Of a DNA stretch of 64,000 bases, positions 29,072 to 39,661 are shown piece by piece. The stretch is taken from positions 62,001 to 126,000 of the forward strand of contig CAYMEV010000002.1 of NCBI GenBank assembly GCA_964389675.1. Direction: 5' to 3'. Each line of letters opens with the position of its first letter. Within the stretch, counting starts at the first letter, position 1. A model generated the notes under the pieces. The model saw only the letters and a list, made by a program, of their open reading frames with translations. It did not search any database and was not told the origin of the DNA. Origin of the DNA: an uncultured Candidatus Sumerlaeota bacterium (GTDB taxonomy: Bacteria > CAYMEV01). Made by a program: the position numbers and the translations under genes.

Positions 29072-30093
29072 CAATCCGGAATACTGAGAGGTATGATCCT
29101 AAATACCTGTTTGTGTCAGGTGTGGTCAAAAGCAAGGAGCTTGAGCTTATAAGCGCCTCAAAACTCGAGAGAATGAAAATGAGCAATTCTCTGTACGATT
29201 TTCTCTCAATCCTTGGAGAAACAGTCTACAGCGATATAGTATCCCTCGCAAAGACAAGCATCCTTTTTGAAGAGCATCTAACAGAAAAGCTTTTTTCTTT
29301 TGAACTGGAGCTCCTCTCTCTGATAAAAGATGATAATCTGAAAAAGGTTTTCATGGTCGATTATGATTTTCATAATATAAAACTTATGCTTATGAGCTTT
29401 TTATCAGGTAAAGCTATGCCTGAAGATGGGACCTCTCCAGGTTTTCTAAGCATTGATATGCTGAAGAACTCAATACATGAAGATGACTATTCTATGTTGC
29501 CTGAACTGATTAAGGAGGCCATTACCGGAGCAAAAGCGATATTTGACCTTGAAAAGAATATGCAGAAGGCTATGTTATTTCTGGATAAAAACAAGTATGA
29601 GATCAAACTTGTTATCTCGAACAGGCTTAAAAGCGATTTTCTCAGGGACCTTGTGAAAACAGAAATAGATCTTTTTAATATTGCTTTTCTATTCAGGGCA
29701 AAGATATTAAAGCTTGATCATGCCATGTTTGATGAACTTCTATTAGAGGATGGGTATATAGATAAAAAACAGTTCCTTGATCTTTTGGATTCGTCTCCTG
29801 ATGCAATTGCAGATGCATTTAAGGCCTCTGACTATGCAGACGGAATTCATGAGGCCATAACAGAGTCTAAGGAAAAACAGAGCATTTCATCTTTTGAAAC
29901 CTATATCAGAAATATTATTCTTGAAAAATCAAAGGAGTCCTCCAATTTTATATTCGGGTTTGAGCCATTAGTGGGCCTGATTTATGCAAAAAGACATGAA
30001 ATATACAATCTTAAGTCTATTTACATAGCAAAGGAATATCAATTATCTGAAGAAGAACTCAGTATTAGACTAGGAGATGCCTATGCAAGCTAA
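29068..30093 (+). CDS. atpC: A/V-type ATP synthase subunit C (d)
   Basis: YDFHNIK, EIDLFN, FGFEPLVG...EIYNLK. Confidence 0.9.
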   Translation: MTIRNTERYDPKYLFVSGVVKSKELELISASKLERMKMSNSLYDFLSILGETVYSDIVSLAKTSILFEEHLTEKLFSFELELLSLIKDDNLKKVFMVDYDFHNIKLMLMSFLSGKAMPEDGTSPGFLSIDMLKNSIHEDDYSMLPELIKEAITGAKAIFDLEKNMQKAMLFLDKNKYEIKLVISNRLKSDFLRDLVKTEIDLFNIAFLFRAKILKLDHAMFDELLLEDGYIDKKQFLDLLDSSPDAIADAFKASDYADGIHEAITESKEKQSISSFETYIRNIILEKSKESSNFIFGFEPLVGLIYAKRHEIYNLKSIYIAKEYQLSEEELSIRLGDAYAS

Positions 30094-30400
30094 GATTGCA
30101 GCAATTGGAGATGTAATTTCTGTAATGCCCTTTAAGGCTTTTGGGGTGGATACCTACAGCTATAAAGCAGAAGAAATGAATGATGAAGTTCTTGAAACAA
30201 TAGTTTCAAAAGGCTATAGAGTGATATATATTACAGAAAAACTTGCAGCAAAAGTACTGGAAAAGATTGATGAATATGATATAAATCCCGCTGTTTCAAT
30301 TACTCTGATTCCTGACAGCAAGGGCTCTATAGGGCTTTCCAGCAGAAAGCTGAGGGATATTATTATCAGAGCAATTGGAGCAGATACGCTTACAGAATAA
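30083..30400 (+). CDS. atpF: A/V-type ATP synthase subunit F
   Basis: KIAAIGD...FKAFG...IYITE...IP...RAIGAD. ATG at 30083 lies 6 nt after AGGAG. Confidence 0.92.
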   Translation: MQAKIAAIGDVISVMPFKAFGVDTYSYKAEEMNDEVLETIVSKGYRVIYITEKLAAKVLEKIDEYDINPAVSITLIPDSKGSIGLSSRKLRDIIIRAIGADTLTE

Positions 30401-30416
30401 GAATGAGGTTAGAGAT

Positions 30417-32192
30417 ATGATAGAAGTTGGTGATATTATAAAGGTCTCAGGACCGCTTGTAGTCGCTAAAAATATTAGAAAATCAAAGATGTATGATGTC
30501 GTAAGGGTCGGAAAGCAGAAGCTTCTGGGTGAAATAATTGAACTCAGAGGTGACCGCGCATCAATACAGGTTTATGAAGAGACAGCCGGCCTCGGGGTAG
30601 GTGATCCTGTAGAAGCTACAGGGGAAGCGCTTAGCGTTGAGCTTGGCCCCGGCCTGATTATGTCCTTTTATGACGGGATACAAAGACCCATAGATGAGAT
30701 TGCTGAAAAGGTTGGAAGCTTTATTACAAGAGGTATTTCCATCCCCGGATTATCAAGGGAAAGAGTATGGAGCTTCAAAGCTATTGCCAAAAAGGGAGAT
30801 AAGGTATCAGGGGGTGACATTCTAGGCGAGGTTGAAGAAACGCCTCTGGTTATTCATAAGATAATGGTTCCTCACGATGTTTCAGGTGAGCTTGCCGAGA
30901 TAAAGGAAGGGGAATTCAAGGTCACGGATAAAATTGCTGTCATAAAGACCGAGGATGGAAATGCAGAGCTTACCATGATCCAGAGATGGCCTGTCAGACT
31001 TCCAAGGCCCTATAAAGAGAAACTGCCGCCTACAGAACCTCTTGTTACTGGAACAAGGGTAATTGATACATTCTTTCCGGTGGCAAAGGGTGGTACTGCA
31101 TGTATTCCAGGTCCTTTCGGAAGCGGTAAGACTGTTGTCCAGCACCAGCTCGCAAAATGGTCGGATGCTGATATTATCGTTTATGTAGGGTGCGGAGAAA
31201 GAGGCAATGAAATGACTGATGTTCTGATGGAATTCCCTGAACTGAAAGACCCGAAAAGCCAAAGGCCTCTCATGGAAAGGACTGTCCTGATTGCAAATAC
31301 CTCCAATATGCCTGTTGCTGCGAGAGAAGCATCAATCTATACAGGTGTTACAATAGGTGAGTATTTCAGGGATATGGGGTACAGTGTCGCTATCCTTGCA
31401 GATTCAACATCGAGGTGGGCGGAAGCCATGAGGGAAATATCAGGGAGGCTTGAAGAAATGCCTGGAGAAGAAGGGTATCCTGCTTATCTGGGGACAAGGA
31501 TTGCTGAATTTTACGAAAGGTCCGGAAGGGTAAAAACTTTCGACAGGGATGAGACCATCGGTGCTTTAACTATTATAGGGGCTGTATCCCCTCCCGGAGG
31601 AGATCTTTCTGATCCTGTCGTACAGGCAACCCTGAAGGTAGTAAAAGTTTTCTGGGCACTAAAGGATAAGCTTGCTTACCAGAGGCACTTTCCTGCAATT
31701 TCATGGCTGGATTCATACTCTCTTTATTATGACTCCATAGAAAAATACCTTAATGAAAATCTTGGTGAAGACTGGATTAAAATGAGGGATGAAGCTATGG
31801 CAATTCTGCAGGAAGAGGATAAACTGCAGGAGATCGTAAGGCTTGTGGGCATGGATGCATTAAAGGCATCTGACAGAATGCTTATGGAAGCAGCAAAATC
31901 TATCAGGGAAGATTTTCTTTACCAGAATGCTTTTCATCCTGTTGATTCATATTGCCTTATGAATAAACAGAAAGAAATTATGAAGATAATAATGGAATAT
32001 TATGATATTTCTGTAAAAGCCCTGGAAACAGGTATTGAAATTGAGGATATCCTTAATATAAAAAGCAGAGAAGGAATAGCAAAAGCAAGGCTTATTGCTG
32101 ATAATGAAACAGATAAATTTGCAGAGCTGAGAAAATCAATAAGCAGCGAGCTTTCAGAACTGCAGAAAAAAATTAATAAGGTGGAGAGTTAA
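30417..32192 (+). CDS. atpA: A/V-type ATP synthase catalytic subunit A
   Basis: [10 protein letters not shown]-loop [27 protein letters not shown]. Probable ATG at 30417. Confidence 0.97.
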   Translation: MIEVGDIIKVSGPLVVAKNIRKSKMYDVVRVGKQKLLGEIIELRGDRASIQVYEETAGLGVGDPVEATGEALSVELGPGLIMSFYDGIQRPIDEIAEKVGSFITRGISIPGLSRERVWSFKAIAKKGDKVSGGDILGEVEETPLVIHKIMVPHDVSGELAEIKEGEFKVTDKIAVIKTEDGNAELTMIQRWPVRLPRPYKEKLPPTEPLVTGTRVIDTFFPVAKGGTACIPGPFGSGKTVVQHQLAKWSDADIIVYVGCGERGNEMTDVLMEFPELKDPKSQRPLMERTVLIANTSNMPVAAREASIYTGVTIGEYFRDMGYSVAILADSTSRWAEAMREISGRLEEMPGEEGYPAYLGTRIAEFYERSGRVKTFDRDETIGALTIIGAVSPPGGDLSDPVVQATLKVVKVFWALKDKLAYQRHFPAISWLDSYSLYYDSIEKYLNENLGEDWIKMRDEAMAILQEEDKLQEIVRLVGMDALKASDRMLMEAAKSIREDFLYQNAFHPVDSYCLMNKQKEIMKIIMEYYDISVKALETGIEIEDILNIKSREGIAKARLIADNETDKFAELRKSISSELSELQKKINKVES

Positions 32193-32194
32193 AA

Positions 32195-33589
32195 GTGGCT
32201 CTTAAAAAAGAATATACAACAATACAGGAAGTAGTAGGACCATTGGTGCTGATGGACCAGGTCTCAGATGTAAAATATGATGAATTAGTCGAACTTCAGG
32301 CCCCAGATGGAGAGATAAGGATGGGCAAGGTTCTTGAGGTTATGGACGATAAGGCTTTAATTCAGCTTTTTGCAGGTACATCGGGTGTTAATATCTTCGG
32401 GTCCAAGGTAAAGTTTTTAGGAAAGGGCCTTGAGATAGGGCTATCACCGGATATACTCGGCAGGGTATTCGACGGGCTCGGAAGGCCTATTGACAATGGC
32501 CTTGAAATAATACCTGAAGAAAAAAGGGATATAAATGGGTTGCCTTTGAACCCCTTCAGCAGGGATTATCCTTCTGAGTTTATACAGACAGGCATTTCAG
32601 GGATTGATGGAATGAATACTCTTGTCAGGGGGCAGAAACTGCCAATTTTCTCATCATCAGGCCTGCCTCATTCAAAGGTTGCAGCCCAGCTTGTGAGACA
32701 GGCTAAGGTAAGGAGCTCATCAGAGGCATTTGCAATTGTTTTTGCAGCAATGGGCATAACTTATGAGGAATCATACTTCTTTATAAACAATTTCAAAGAA
32801 ACAGGGGCAATTAACAGGACAGTGCTTTTTGTAAATCTGGCAGATGACCCCACCATTGAAAGAATCGCTACTCCAAGAATGGCCCTCACTGCAGCAGAAT
32901 ACCTTGCTTTTGAAAAGGATATGCATGTTCTTGTGATCCTTACAGATATGACAAACTACTGCAATGCCTTGAGGGAGGTATCTGCAGCCAGGAAAGAGGT
33001 GCCTGGAAGAAGGGGCTATCCGGGATATCTTTACACTGACCTGTCAACAATATACGAAAGAGCTGGCAGAGTAAAGGGCAAGAAGGGAAGCATTACCCAG
33101 TTCCCCATACTTACAATGCCTGAGAATGACAAGACGCACCCGGTCCCTGATCTTACAGGTTATATTACAGAGGGGCAGGTCATCCTGTCCAAGGAACTGC
33201 ATAAAAAGAACATTTATCCACCCATTGACCTTATGCAGTCTCTTTCCAGGCTCAAGGATAAAGGCATCGGAGAGGGCAAAACCAGAGAAGACCATGCTGA
33301 TGTATATAACCAGCTTTCAGCAGCATATGCCAGAGGCCTGGAAGCACAGGAGCTGGAGGTAATCCTCGGGGAGGCAGCGCTGTCGGATATTGACAAGATG
33401 TATTTAAAATTCACAAGAGTTTTTGAAGACAAGTTTATCAGACAGGGCGAATATGATGACAGAAATATTGATCAGACTCTTAACATAGCCTGGGAACTTT
33501 TCAAACTGATTCCGGAATCAGAGCTTAAAAGGATCAAGCCTGAACTGATAGATAAATATCTCCATAAAAAGAACGAGGATGGAAAATAG
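32195..33589 (+). CDS. atpB: A/V-type ATP synthase subunit B
   Basis: [45 protein letters not shown]. Confidence 0.97.
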   Translation: MALKKEYTTIQEVVGPLVLMDQVSDVKYDELVELQAPDGEIRMGKVLEVMDDKALIQLFAGTSGVNIFGSKVKFLGKGLEIGLSPDILGRVFDGLGRPIDNGLEIIPEEKRDINGLPLNPFSRDYPSEFIQTGISGIDGMNTLVRGQKLPIFSSSGLPHSKVAAQLVRQAKVRSSSEAFAIVFAAMGITYEESYFFINNFKETGAINRTVLFVNLADDPTIERIATPRMALTAAEYLAFEKDMHVLVILTDMTNYCNALREVSAARKEVPGRRGYPGYLYTDLSTIYERAGRVKGKKGSITQFPILTMPENDKTHPVPDLTGYITEGQVILSKELHKKNIYPPIDLMQSLSRLKDKGIGEGKTREDHADVYNQLSAAYARGLEAQELEVILGEAALSDIDKMYLKFTRVFEDKFIRQGEYDDRNIDQTLNIAWELFKLIPESELKRIKPELIDKYLHKKNEDGK

Positions 33590-34221
33590 TGATTATTGAA
33601 GGCATATCAGCAACAAGAATGAATCTCCTCCAGCTGAGGAGAAAACTGACTACTGCCATAAAAGGCCATAAGCTCCTTAAGGATAAACAGGATGAACTTA
33701 TGAGAAGATTTCTGGAACTTATAGAAGACACTAAATCGAAAAGAAAACTGGTCCAGGAATCCATGGCTGAAGTCCTAAAAAGGTTTCTGCTGTCCTATAT
33801 GCCCCTTGCAAAAAAGAATGTCGACATAAGCCTTTCATTCCCTCAGGAGAGCCTGCAGTTAAAAGAGACCCAGGGATTTATTATGAATATGAAAACCTAT
33901 GACCTTGAGATTGTAAATAGCGGTGATATAAGGTCTTACAGCCTTCTTGATACCAACAGTGACTTTGACATATGTATCCTTGCCTTAAACAGGCTTTTTA
34001 AGGAGCTGATAGAGCTTACACAGCTTGAGAAAAAGCTGGTTATGCTTTCATATGAGATTGAGAAGACAAGAAGACGGGTGAATGCACTTGAGTATAAAAT
34101 GATACCGAATATTGAAGATACTATAAAAATGATTAATTTCAAGCTTGATGAACGCGAGAGGTCAAATCTTACAAGGCTTCTTAAAATAAAGGACATGATG
34201 AAAAATAAATCAGGGATCTGA
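33589..34221 (+). CDS. atpD: A/V-type ATP synthase subunit D
   Basis: ATRMNL...GHKLLKDKQDEL, EIEKTRRRVNALEY. Confidence 0.95.
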   Translation: MIIEGISATRMNLLQLRRKLTTAIKGHKLLKDKQDELMRRFLELIEDTKSKRKLVQESMAEVLKRFLLSYMPLAKKNVDISLSFPQESLQLKETQGFIMNMKTYDLEIVNSGDIRSYSLLDTNSDFDICILALNRLFKELIELTQLEKKLVMLSYEIEKTRRRVNALEYKMIPNIEDTIKMINFKLDERERSNLTRLLKIKDMMKNKSGI

Positions 34222-34275
34222 TTATTTTATTGACATATTTTACAATTTTATTAAAGATTTTAATCTGTATAAGAT

Positions 34276-34348
34276 GCCGAGGTAGCTCAGACGGTAGAGC
34301 AGGGGACTGAAAATCCCTGTGTCGGTGGTTCGATTCCGCTCCTCGGCA
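34276..34348 (+). tRNA. tRNA-Phe (GAA)
   Basis: GCCGAGG/CCTCGGC acceptor stem, D-arm GCTCAGACGGTAGAGC, anticodon loop CTGAAAA, T-loop GGTTCGATTCC. Confidence 0.97.
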
Positions 34349-34577
34349 CCTTTTCATAAAAGCCGCACAATTTTCAGCCTTCAATCCCTTATTTAATCCG
34401 GCCATGGTTCTGTTTTTCTTAAGTATTGATTTGCTGATTAAAATTTATTTTATTCTTTATTCAAAGAATATATACCTGTAATATGAATCATATTTGCATT
34501 ATATTTGGGTATTGATTTCAGCAGGAAAAGTTTTTATAATAAAGACAGCTTTTTTTTCTTTGTACTATAGGGTTGAT

Positions 34578-37500
34578 ATGAACAGCAGTTTTGAAAAAGG
34601 CACTATCATAAATAACAGGTATATTGTAAAGGATTTAATCGGCCAGGGCGGCATGGGTTATGTATACCTTGTGCAGGATACATTAAAAGCAGGATCAGAA
34701 ATAGCACTTAAAACAATTAAGGGAAGCATGTCAGATAAGAATGAGCACCTTGATATATTCAAGCTTGAATTTGAGATAATGACGAGACTGAAGCATCCGA
34801 ATCTCGTAAATGTCTATAATTTCGGTTATGACGATCAAAAAGACTGTTATTATATCACAATGGAGTATCTTAAAGGCAAGACACTGAAAAGCCTGCTTAT
34901 GGAGGATAATGTAATAGATGAAAACAGGGCTGTGGATATCATGGTAAATTTATTGAGAGGCCTCGAGTTTATACACAGCAGGAATATTATATCCCGTGAT
35001 GTAAAGCCCTCGAATATACTGGTATCCGATAGAAGTGTAAAACTGATGGATTTTGGCATTTCTGATATAGGATCAGTGGATCAGAAGAAGATCAAAGGTT
35101 CTCTCCTTTATATTGCGCCGGAGATCCTGGTTGGAGAAGCTGACCACAGGATAGATATCTATTCTGCAGGCATTGTATTCCTCCAGATGCTTACAGGAAA
35201 AATACTTTACAAAGAGACAAAGGCTACCTCCATACTTGATATCATTAAAGATGAATATGTTTACCTGTATAACCAGTCAGTAGCCCTGGAGGCGCTGAAT
35301 GACAGAAAGGTAAAGGATATTATCAACAGAATGATTGCCTATAACAAGGAGGAGAGATACAATACCTGCTCGGAGGTAATAGTAGATATCAATAAACAGC
35401 TCGGATACTCTTATGAGATAGAAACACCTGAGACCAAAGATGCCTATGTATCAGGTGTAAATTTTGTCAACAGGGCCGAGGAATATGGATGGCTTAAAGA
35501 AAAGATATTCTCTTTGCCCGACAGGGGAAAGATGTTTCTGCTGATGTCCAGTATTGGATTGGGCAAGTCCAAGATATTTAATGAGCTGAAAAAATACTGT
35601 CAGCTTAATAATATTATCTTTTGTGAATGCGAATGCTTCAAGGATAATGTAAAGCCGTACCATCCAGTATCAGAATTGCTTTCACAGATAATGCTTTATT
35701 CTTCAAGAGAACTGAATAACAAATACCATAAGTATCTGAATAAGGTCACAGATTATAAACCATTTGAAGAAGAAACCGATATTTCAGTTGATTTATACAG
35801 GGAGATTGAAATACTTCATCAGGCTATAATAAATTTTCTGCTTGATTATGGGAACAGTACCGGCTATACAACTGTCATCTATGTCAATAATATACAGTGG
35901 ATAGATGAGGGCAGCTTCCAGATACTGCATGAGTTGCTTAACCATATTTCAAAAAAAGAGAATAAAGAGAATAAACTGAGAATCTATGCAAGCGCAAGGA
36001 AAGAGGAGTCCAACATGATCAGGGACAGACTCGATGGAATGGAAAAGGACAGATGCCTGGATATCCGGACATTAAAACCATTTAATCTTTCCGATATCAT
36101 GAACTATTTTGAGAATGTTTTCGGAAGCTGTAATATCGATAGATCCTTAAGTTCATCAATAGGAAAAATAAACGGCAGGATAGGGGGAAATCCCTATTTT
36201 TTAGGTGAATTCATACGTTTTTCCCTTAAAGAAAGAATTATTGACAAACCTGGAGCAAAGTGGATTCTTACAGAACCTGTTGAAAAGGCAAATGTCCCTG
36301 ATAATCTCAAAGACATACTTGCAAAAAGGCTATATCCAATGCTGAAAGACCAGTACCATCTGAGATTTATGAATGTTTTTTCCCTTATAAGGTTTTCCAT
36401 GTCCTATAATGATATTTACTCCTTTTTTTCCGGCATTGAAAAGCCAATAATTAGAAACAGGCTTCAGGAACTGGAAAATCACGAAATTGTCAAGTCAGAG
36501 AAAATCGGTAATAATATATTTTACAGCCTCTCTCACGAACTGATCAGGAAAATTGTCTCTTCATCAATACCTGACAGGGCTGATCTGCATAATTTTATAG
36601 GAAACAAGATCGAAGCAGTATTCCGGGATAGAATAAAAGGCTATATGCCTGAACTTGCATATCATTTTCAGGAGGGCGGGGATAAGGAAAAGGCGATCTA
36701 CTATCTGAAAAAGTCAGGCGATGCTCAGAGAAACAAGTATTTTAATATTAATGATATTCTGAAATATTACAATGAAGCTCTCAGGCTCTCGAAGGAATTC
36801 TATGGCAAAGAAAGCTATGAAACTGCGCTGTTATACTCAGATATCGGAATTATATATTATGAAGAGGGTGATTTTGCCGCAGCTACAGATAACTGCAAAA
36901 TTGCAGCCGAGATTATTAAAGGCTTATACGGGGAAGAAAGCGATAAATTTGCAGCTGTACTGAATAGAATGTGCCTTATAAGCCTCAAGATAGGGGAATA
37001 CAAAAAAGCGCTGATATTTGCCAATAAGGCAAATGATATACAGCTGAAAATATTTGGGGATAATAATATACATGTAGCCAGAACATATAATAATATTGCC
37101 CAGATATACCTTAAAACAGGCGATTATCTTGATGCACTTGCTTATGCAAGGAAATTCCAAAAAATATACCTTGGCATTTACGGCCAGGACAGCAGGGAAA
37201 TGATTACACCCATAAACCTTATGGGTATTGTCTATTTTGATATGGCTGAGCTGGATAAAGCCAAAGAATGCTTTTTTAGGGCAATGAAGCTTCATAATAT
37301 ATACTTTGGAAAGGATGCAGTTGAAAGCACAACATCATACAATAATATTGGGCTGGTTCTGCTGGAACAGGCACATTACCAGGAAGCCCTTTTTTACCTG
37401 AAAAAAACTCTGAAAATACTAAAGGCTTTCTACAAGAATCCCCATGTCGATATAGCAAAATGCTACAATAATATGGGCATAGTGTATCACGACCTGAAAG

Positions 37501-38132
37501 AAAATGAAAAGGCATTCAAGTATTACAGAAGGGCTTTGAGGATTAGAAGGAAAATTTACGGTGAAATGCATACCAGGACTGCAGGTTCATATAATAATGT
37601 AGGAATTATCTACTCAGAAAGAGGCGATTATAAAAAAGCCCTGAAGTACTATAAGAGATCCCTTGAGATACAAAAGGCAATATTCGGGCAGTTTCATGCC
37701 AGTGTAGCAAAGGCCTATAATAATATTGGCCATCTCTATTATCAGATGAAAGAATACGATAAGGCCATATCTTTCATCAGTAAAGCAATGGATATAAGGA
37801 AAAAGGTATATAATAATAAACATACGGACCTTGCAAGCGGCTATCATGGTTTTGCGTCCATTTACAGGGCTTTGGGCGATCTGAACAAGGCCATAGAGTA
37901 TATACATATGGCACTGGAGATATACCTGAAATTTTATGGTGAGAGGCATGCTGATGTCGGTCATTCCTATATTATACTTTCAGATATATTCGAGGAACTC
38001 AATAACCATGAAAAAGCCTACTATTATATTGAAAAGGCAACAAAAATATATAAGCAGGTATTCGGTGTCAAACATATAAACTATATAGAAGCAGAAGATA
38101 AAATGAGAAAACTTGAAAGCATGCTTAACTGA
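34578..38132 (+). CDS. Ser/Thr protein kinase - STAND/AAA_16 NTPase - TPR repeat protein
   Basis: GQGGMG, IALK, SRDVKPSN, DFG, GSLLYIAPE. Walker A-like SSIGLGKS; GGNPYFL. Ten 42-aa TPRs. Probable start MNSSFEKG at 34578. Confidence 0.88.
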   Translation: MNSSFEKGTIINNRYIVKDLIGQGGMGYVYLVQDTLKAGSEIALKTIKGSMSDKNEHLDIFKLEFEIMTRLKHPNLVNVYNFGYDDQKDCYYITMEYLKGKTLKSLLMEDNVIDENRAVDIMVNLLRGLEFIHSRNIISRDVKPSNILVSDRSVKLMDFGISDIGSVDQKKIKGSLLYIAPEILVGEADHRIDIYSAGIVFLQMLTGKILYKETKATSILDIIKDEYVYLYNQSVALEALNDRKVKDIINRMIAYNKEERYNTCSEVIVDINKQLGYSYEIETPETKDAYVSGVNFVNRAEEYGWLKEKIFSLPDRGKMFLLMSSIGLGKSKIFNELKKYCQLNNIIFCECECFKDNVKPYHPVSELLSQIMLYSSRELNNKYHKYLNKVTDYKPFEEETDISVDLYREIEILHQAIINFLLDYGNSTGYTTVIYVNNIQWIDEGSFQILHELLNHISKKENKENKLRIYASARKEESNMIRDRLDGMEKDRCLDIRTLKPFNLSDIMNYFENVFGSCNIDRSLSSSIGKINGRIGGNPYFLGEFIRFSLKERIIDKPGAKWILTEPVEKANVPDNLKDILAKRLYPMLKDQYHLRFMNVFSLIRFSMSYNDIYSFFSGIEKPIIRNRLQELENHEIVKSEKIGNNIFYSLSHELIRKIVSSSIPDRADLHNFIGNKIEAVFRDRIKGYMPELAYHFQEGGDKEKAIYYLKKSGDAQRNKYFNINDILKYYNEALRLSKEFYGKESYETALLYSDIGIIYYEEGDFAAATDNCKIAAEIIKGLYGEESDKFAAVLNRMCLISLKIGEYKKALIFANKANDIQLKIFGDNNIHVARTYNNIAQIYLKTGDYLDALAYARKFQKIYLGIYGQDSREMITPINLMGIVYFDMAELDKAKECFFRAMKLHNIYFGKDAVESTTSYNNIGLVLLEQAHYQEALFYLKKTLKILKAFYKNPHVDIAKCYNNMGIVYHDLKENEKAFKYYRRALRIRRKIYGEMHTRTAGSYNNVGIIYSERGDYKKALKYYKRSLEIQKAIFGQFHASVAKAYNNIGHLYYQMKEYDKAISFISKAMDIRKKVYNNKHTDLASGYHGFASIYRALGDLNKAIEYIHMALEIYLKFYGERHADVGHSYIILSDIFEELNNHEKAYYYIEKATKIYKQVFGVKHINYIEAEDKMRKLESMLN
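36822..38081 (+). repeat. Ten tandem 42-aa (126-bp) TPR units (kinesin-light-chain/TPR_10-12 type)
   Basis: Recurring A.SYNNIG..Y...GDY.KAL.Y..KAL.I...(I/V)(Y/F)G..H at 42-residue period. Confidence 0.85.
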
Positions 38133-38179
38133 AATTTATTTCAAACATGCATGATGCATGATAAGGGGGTGATTGATCA

Positions 38180-39661
38180 ATGACCAGCGTACTAAGCAAA
38201 GACCATTATGAAAAATTCAAGGCATTTGAAAGGGATTATCTTAATCTCGAAAATGACATAAACAGTTTGAAAGAGAACATTAAAATGAATAAAAATACAT
38301 TGAATAAACTGGATCAGGAGATTTCGCCAATAGTAAACAGCCTTTCAAGCGAAAAGAACCTCAGGCTCCCTCTTTCATCACAGAAAGGACTCAATGATTT
38401 CAGCAAAGATAAGCAGGAGGCATTCAGAAGGGACATGGAGAATTTGTCCAGTCAATTTGGCAATAATTCAAAGTCTCTAATTTCCAGGGCCTATTATAAG
38501 GCAAGAAATATGATTAAAGCCCTGGGCGGTATTATTTTTAACCTGGATAAGGTATATTATAATTCACTCTATAATGCACGTCTGCTGGATCATTACCGGG
38601 AATGGATACAGTACAGCATTACCGAGATACAGGATAATCTTTTTATCCAGCAGGATATTAATCAGAACATAGCCACCCTTTTGACAAAGATGATGCTCCT
38701 GGTACAGAAATTTAATGAGGTTTCCATTGATCATACACTGATATCTGAATTAAAACAGAAGGGTTTTGATACCAAAATTGACCTTTTAAGGAACAAAGAA
38801 AAGATGCTCATGGATAACCTGATGCAGGAGGAATCATTCAGGGAGTATTTTCACAAGATTGAAAACTATAAGAAGAATATTAATGGACTTATCCTTAAGA
38901 TAAATGAAATAATGGAAAATATGGCATTTAAATCGGACCGGGCTGAAATCTCACAAGTTAATGCGGAAAGGATATTAAATGATCAGGTCTATTATGAATT
39001 TGAAGAGGCCTTCCGGGGTGACAGGAATAAGATCAAGATTAATTTTCAGCAGTATATAGATATGGTCAGGGAAAGGCAGCCTGTGGTGGATATTGGATGC
39101 GGCAGGGGGGAGTTCCTGGAGGTATTGCAGGAAAATAATATCGAAAGCTGGGGCGTTGACAGCAATCCCTGCATGACAGAAATGTGCCTGAAGGATGATA
39201 TAAAAATATATAATAGAGATGCGCTATCTTATCTGAAAAAGGCAGAAGATGAATCGATAGGTACAATATTCTCGTCACATCTTCTGGAACATATGACAAT
39301 ATCTCAGATTGAGCATTTTCTAAGGCAATCATACCGGGCTCTGAGAAAAAACGGGCTTGTCATAATTGAGACACTGGACCCTTCCTCATTTATAGGTTTT
39401 CACTATTATTACCTCATGGACCCTACCCACAAGACACCCATACATCCTCAGTATATAAGGTTCCTTGCTGATTCAATAGGATTCGAGGATGCATTTATAT
39501 ACAGGCCTGCAAAGGATTATGACCGCGTTGTCAGTGATAGCCTGATCTTGAATGAAAGCAGCTCAAAAAGCTCAAATAATACTATAGAAGCATTTAAATA
39601 CCTCTCTGAAAAACTCGGGAACTATCCTGAATTTTCCCTTATTGCGAAGAAAGGCAGATAA
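38180..39661 (+). CDS. Class I SAM-dependent methyltransferase with long N-terminal coiled coil
   Basis: FEEAFRG, VVDIGCGRGEFL, SSHLLEH, DPTHKTPIHP. About 260 aa of helical N-terminus. Confidence 0.85.
   Translation: MTSVLSKDHYEKFKAFERDYLNLENDINSLKENIKMNKNTLNKLDQEISPIVNSLSSEKNLRLPLSSQKGLNDFSKDKQEAFRRDMENLSSQFGNNSKSLISRAYYKARNMIKALGGIIFNLDKVYYNSLYNARLLDHYREWIQYSITEIQDNLFIQQDINQNIATLLTKMMLLVQKFNEVSIDHTLISELKQKGFDTKIDLLRNKEKMLMDNLMQEESFREYFHKIENYKKNINGLILKINEIMENMAFKSDRAEISQVNAERILNDQVYYEFEEAFRGDRNKIKINFQQYIDMVRERQPVVDIGCGRGEFLEVLQENNIESWGVDSNPCMTEMCLKDDIKIYNRDALSYLKKAEDESIGTIFSSHLLEHMTISQIEHFLRQSYRALRKNGLVIIETLDPSSFIGFHYYYLMDPTHKTPIHPQYIRFLADSIGFEDAFIYRPAKDYDRVVSDSLILNESSSKSSNNTIEAFKYLSEKLGNYPEFSLIAKKGR

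Noticed and set aside
34181-34405. 74-aa minus-strand ORF
   Set aside because: It is the antisense translation of the tRNA-Phe gene.
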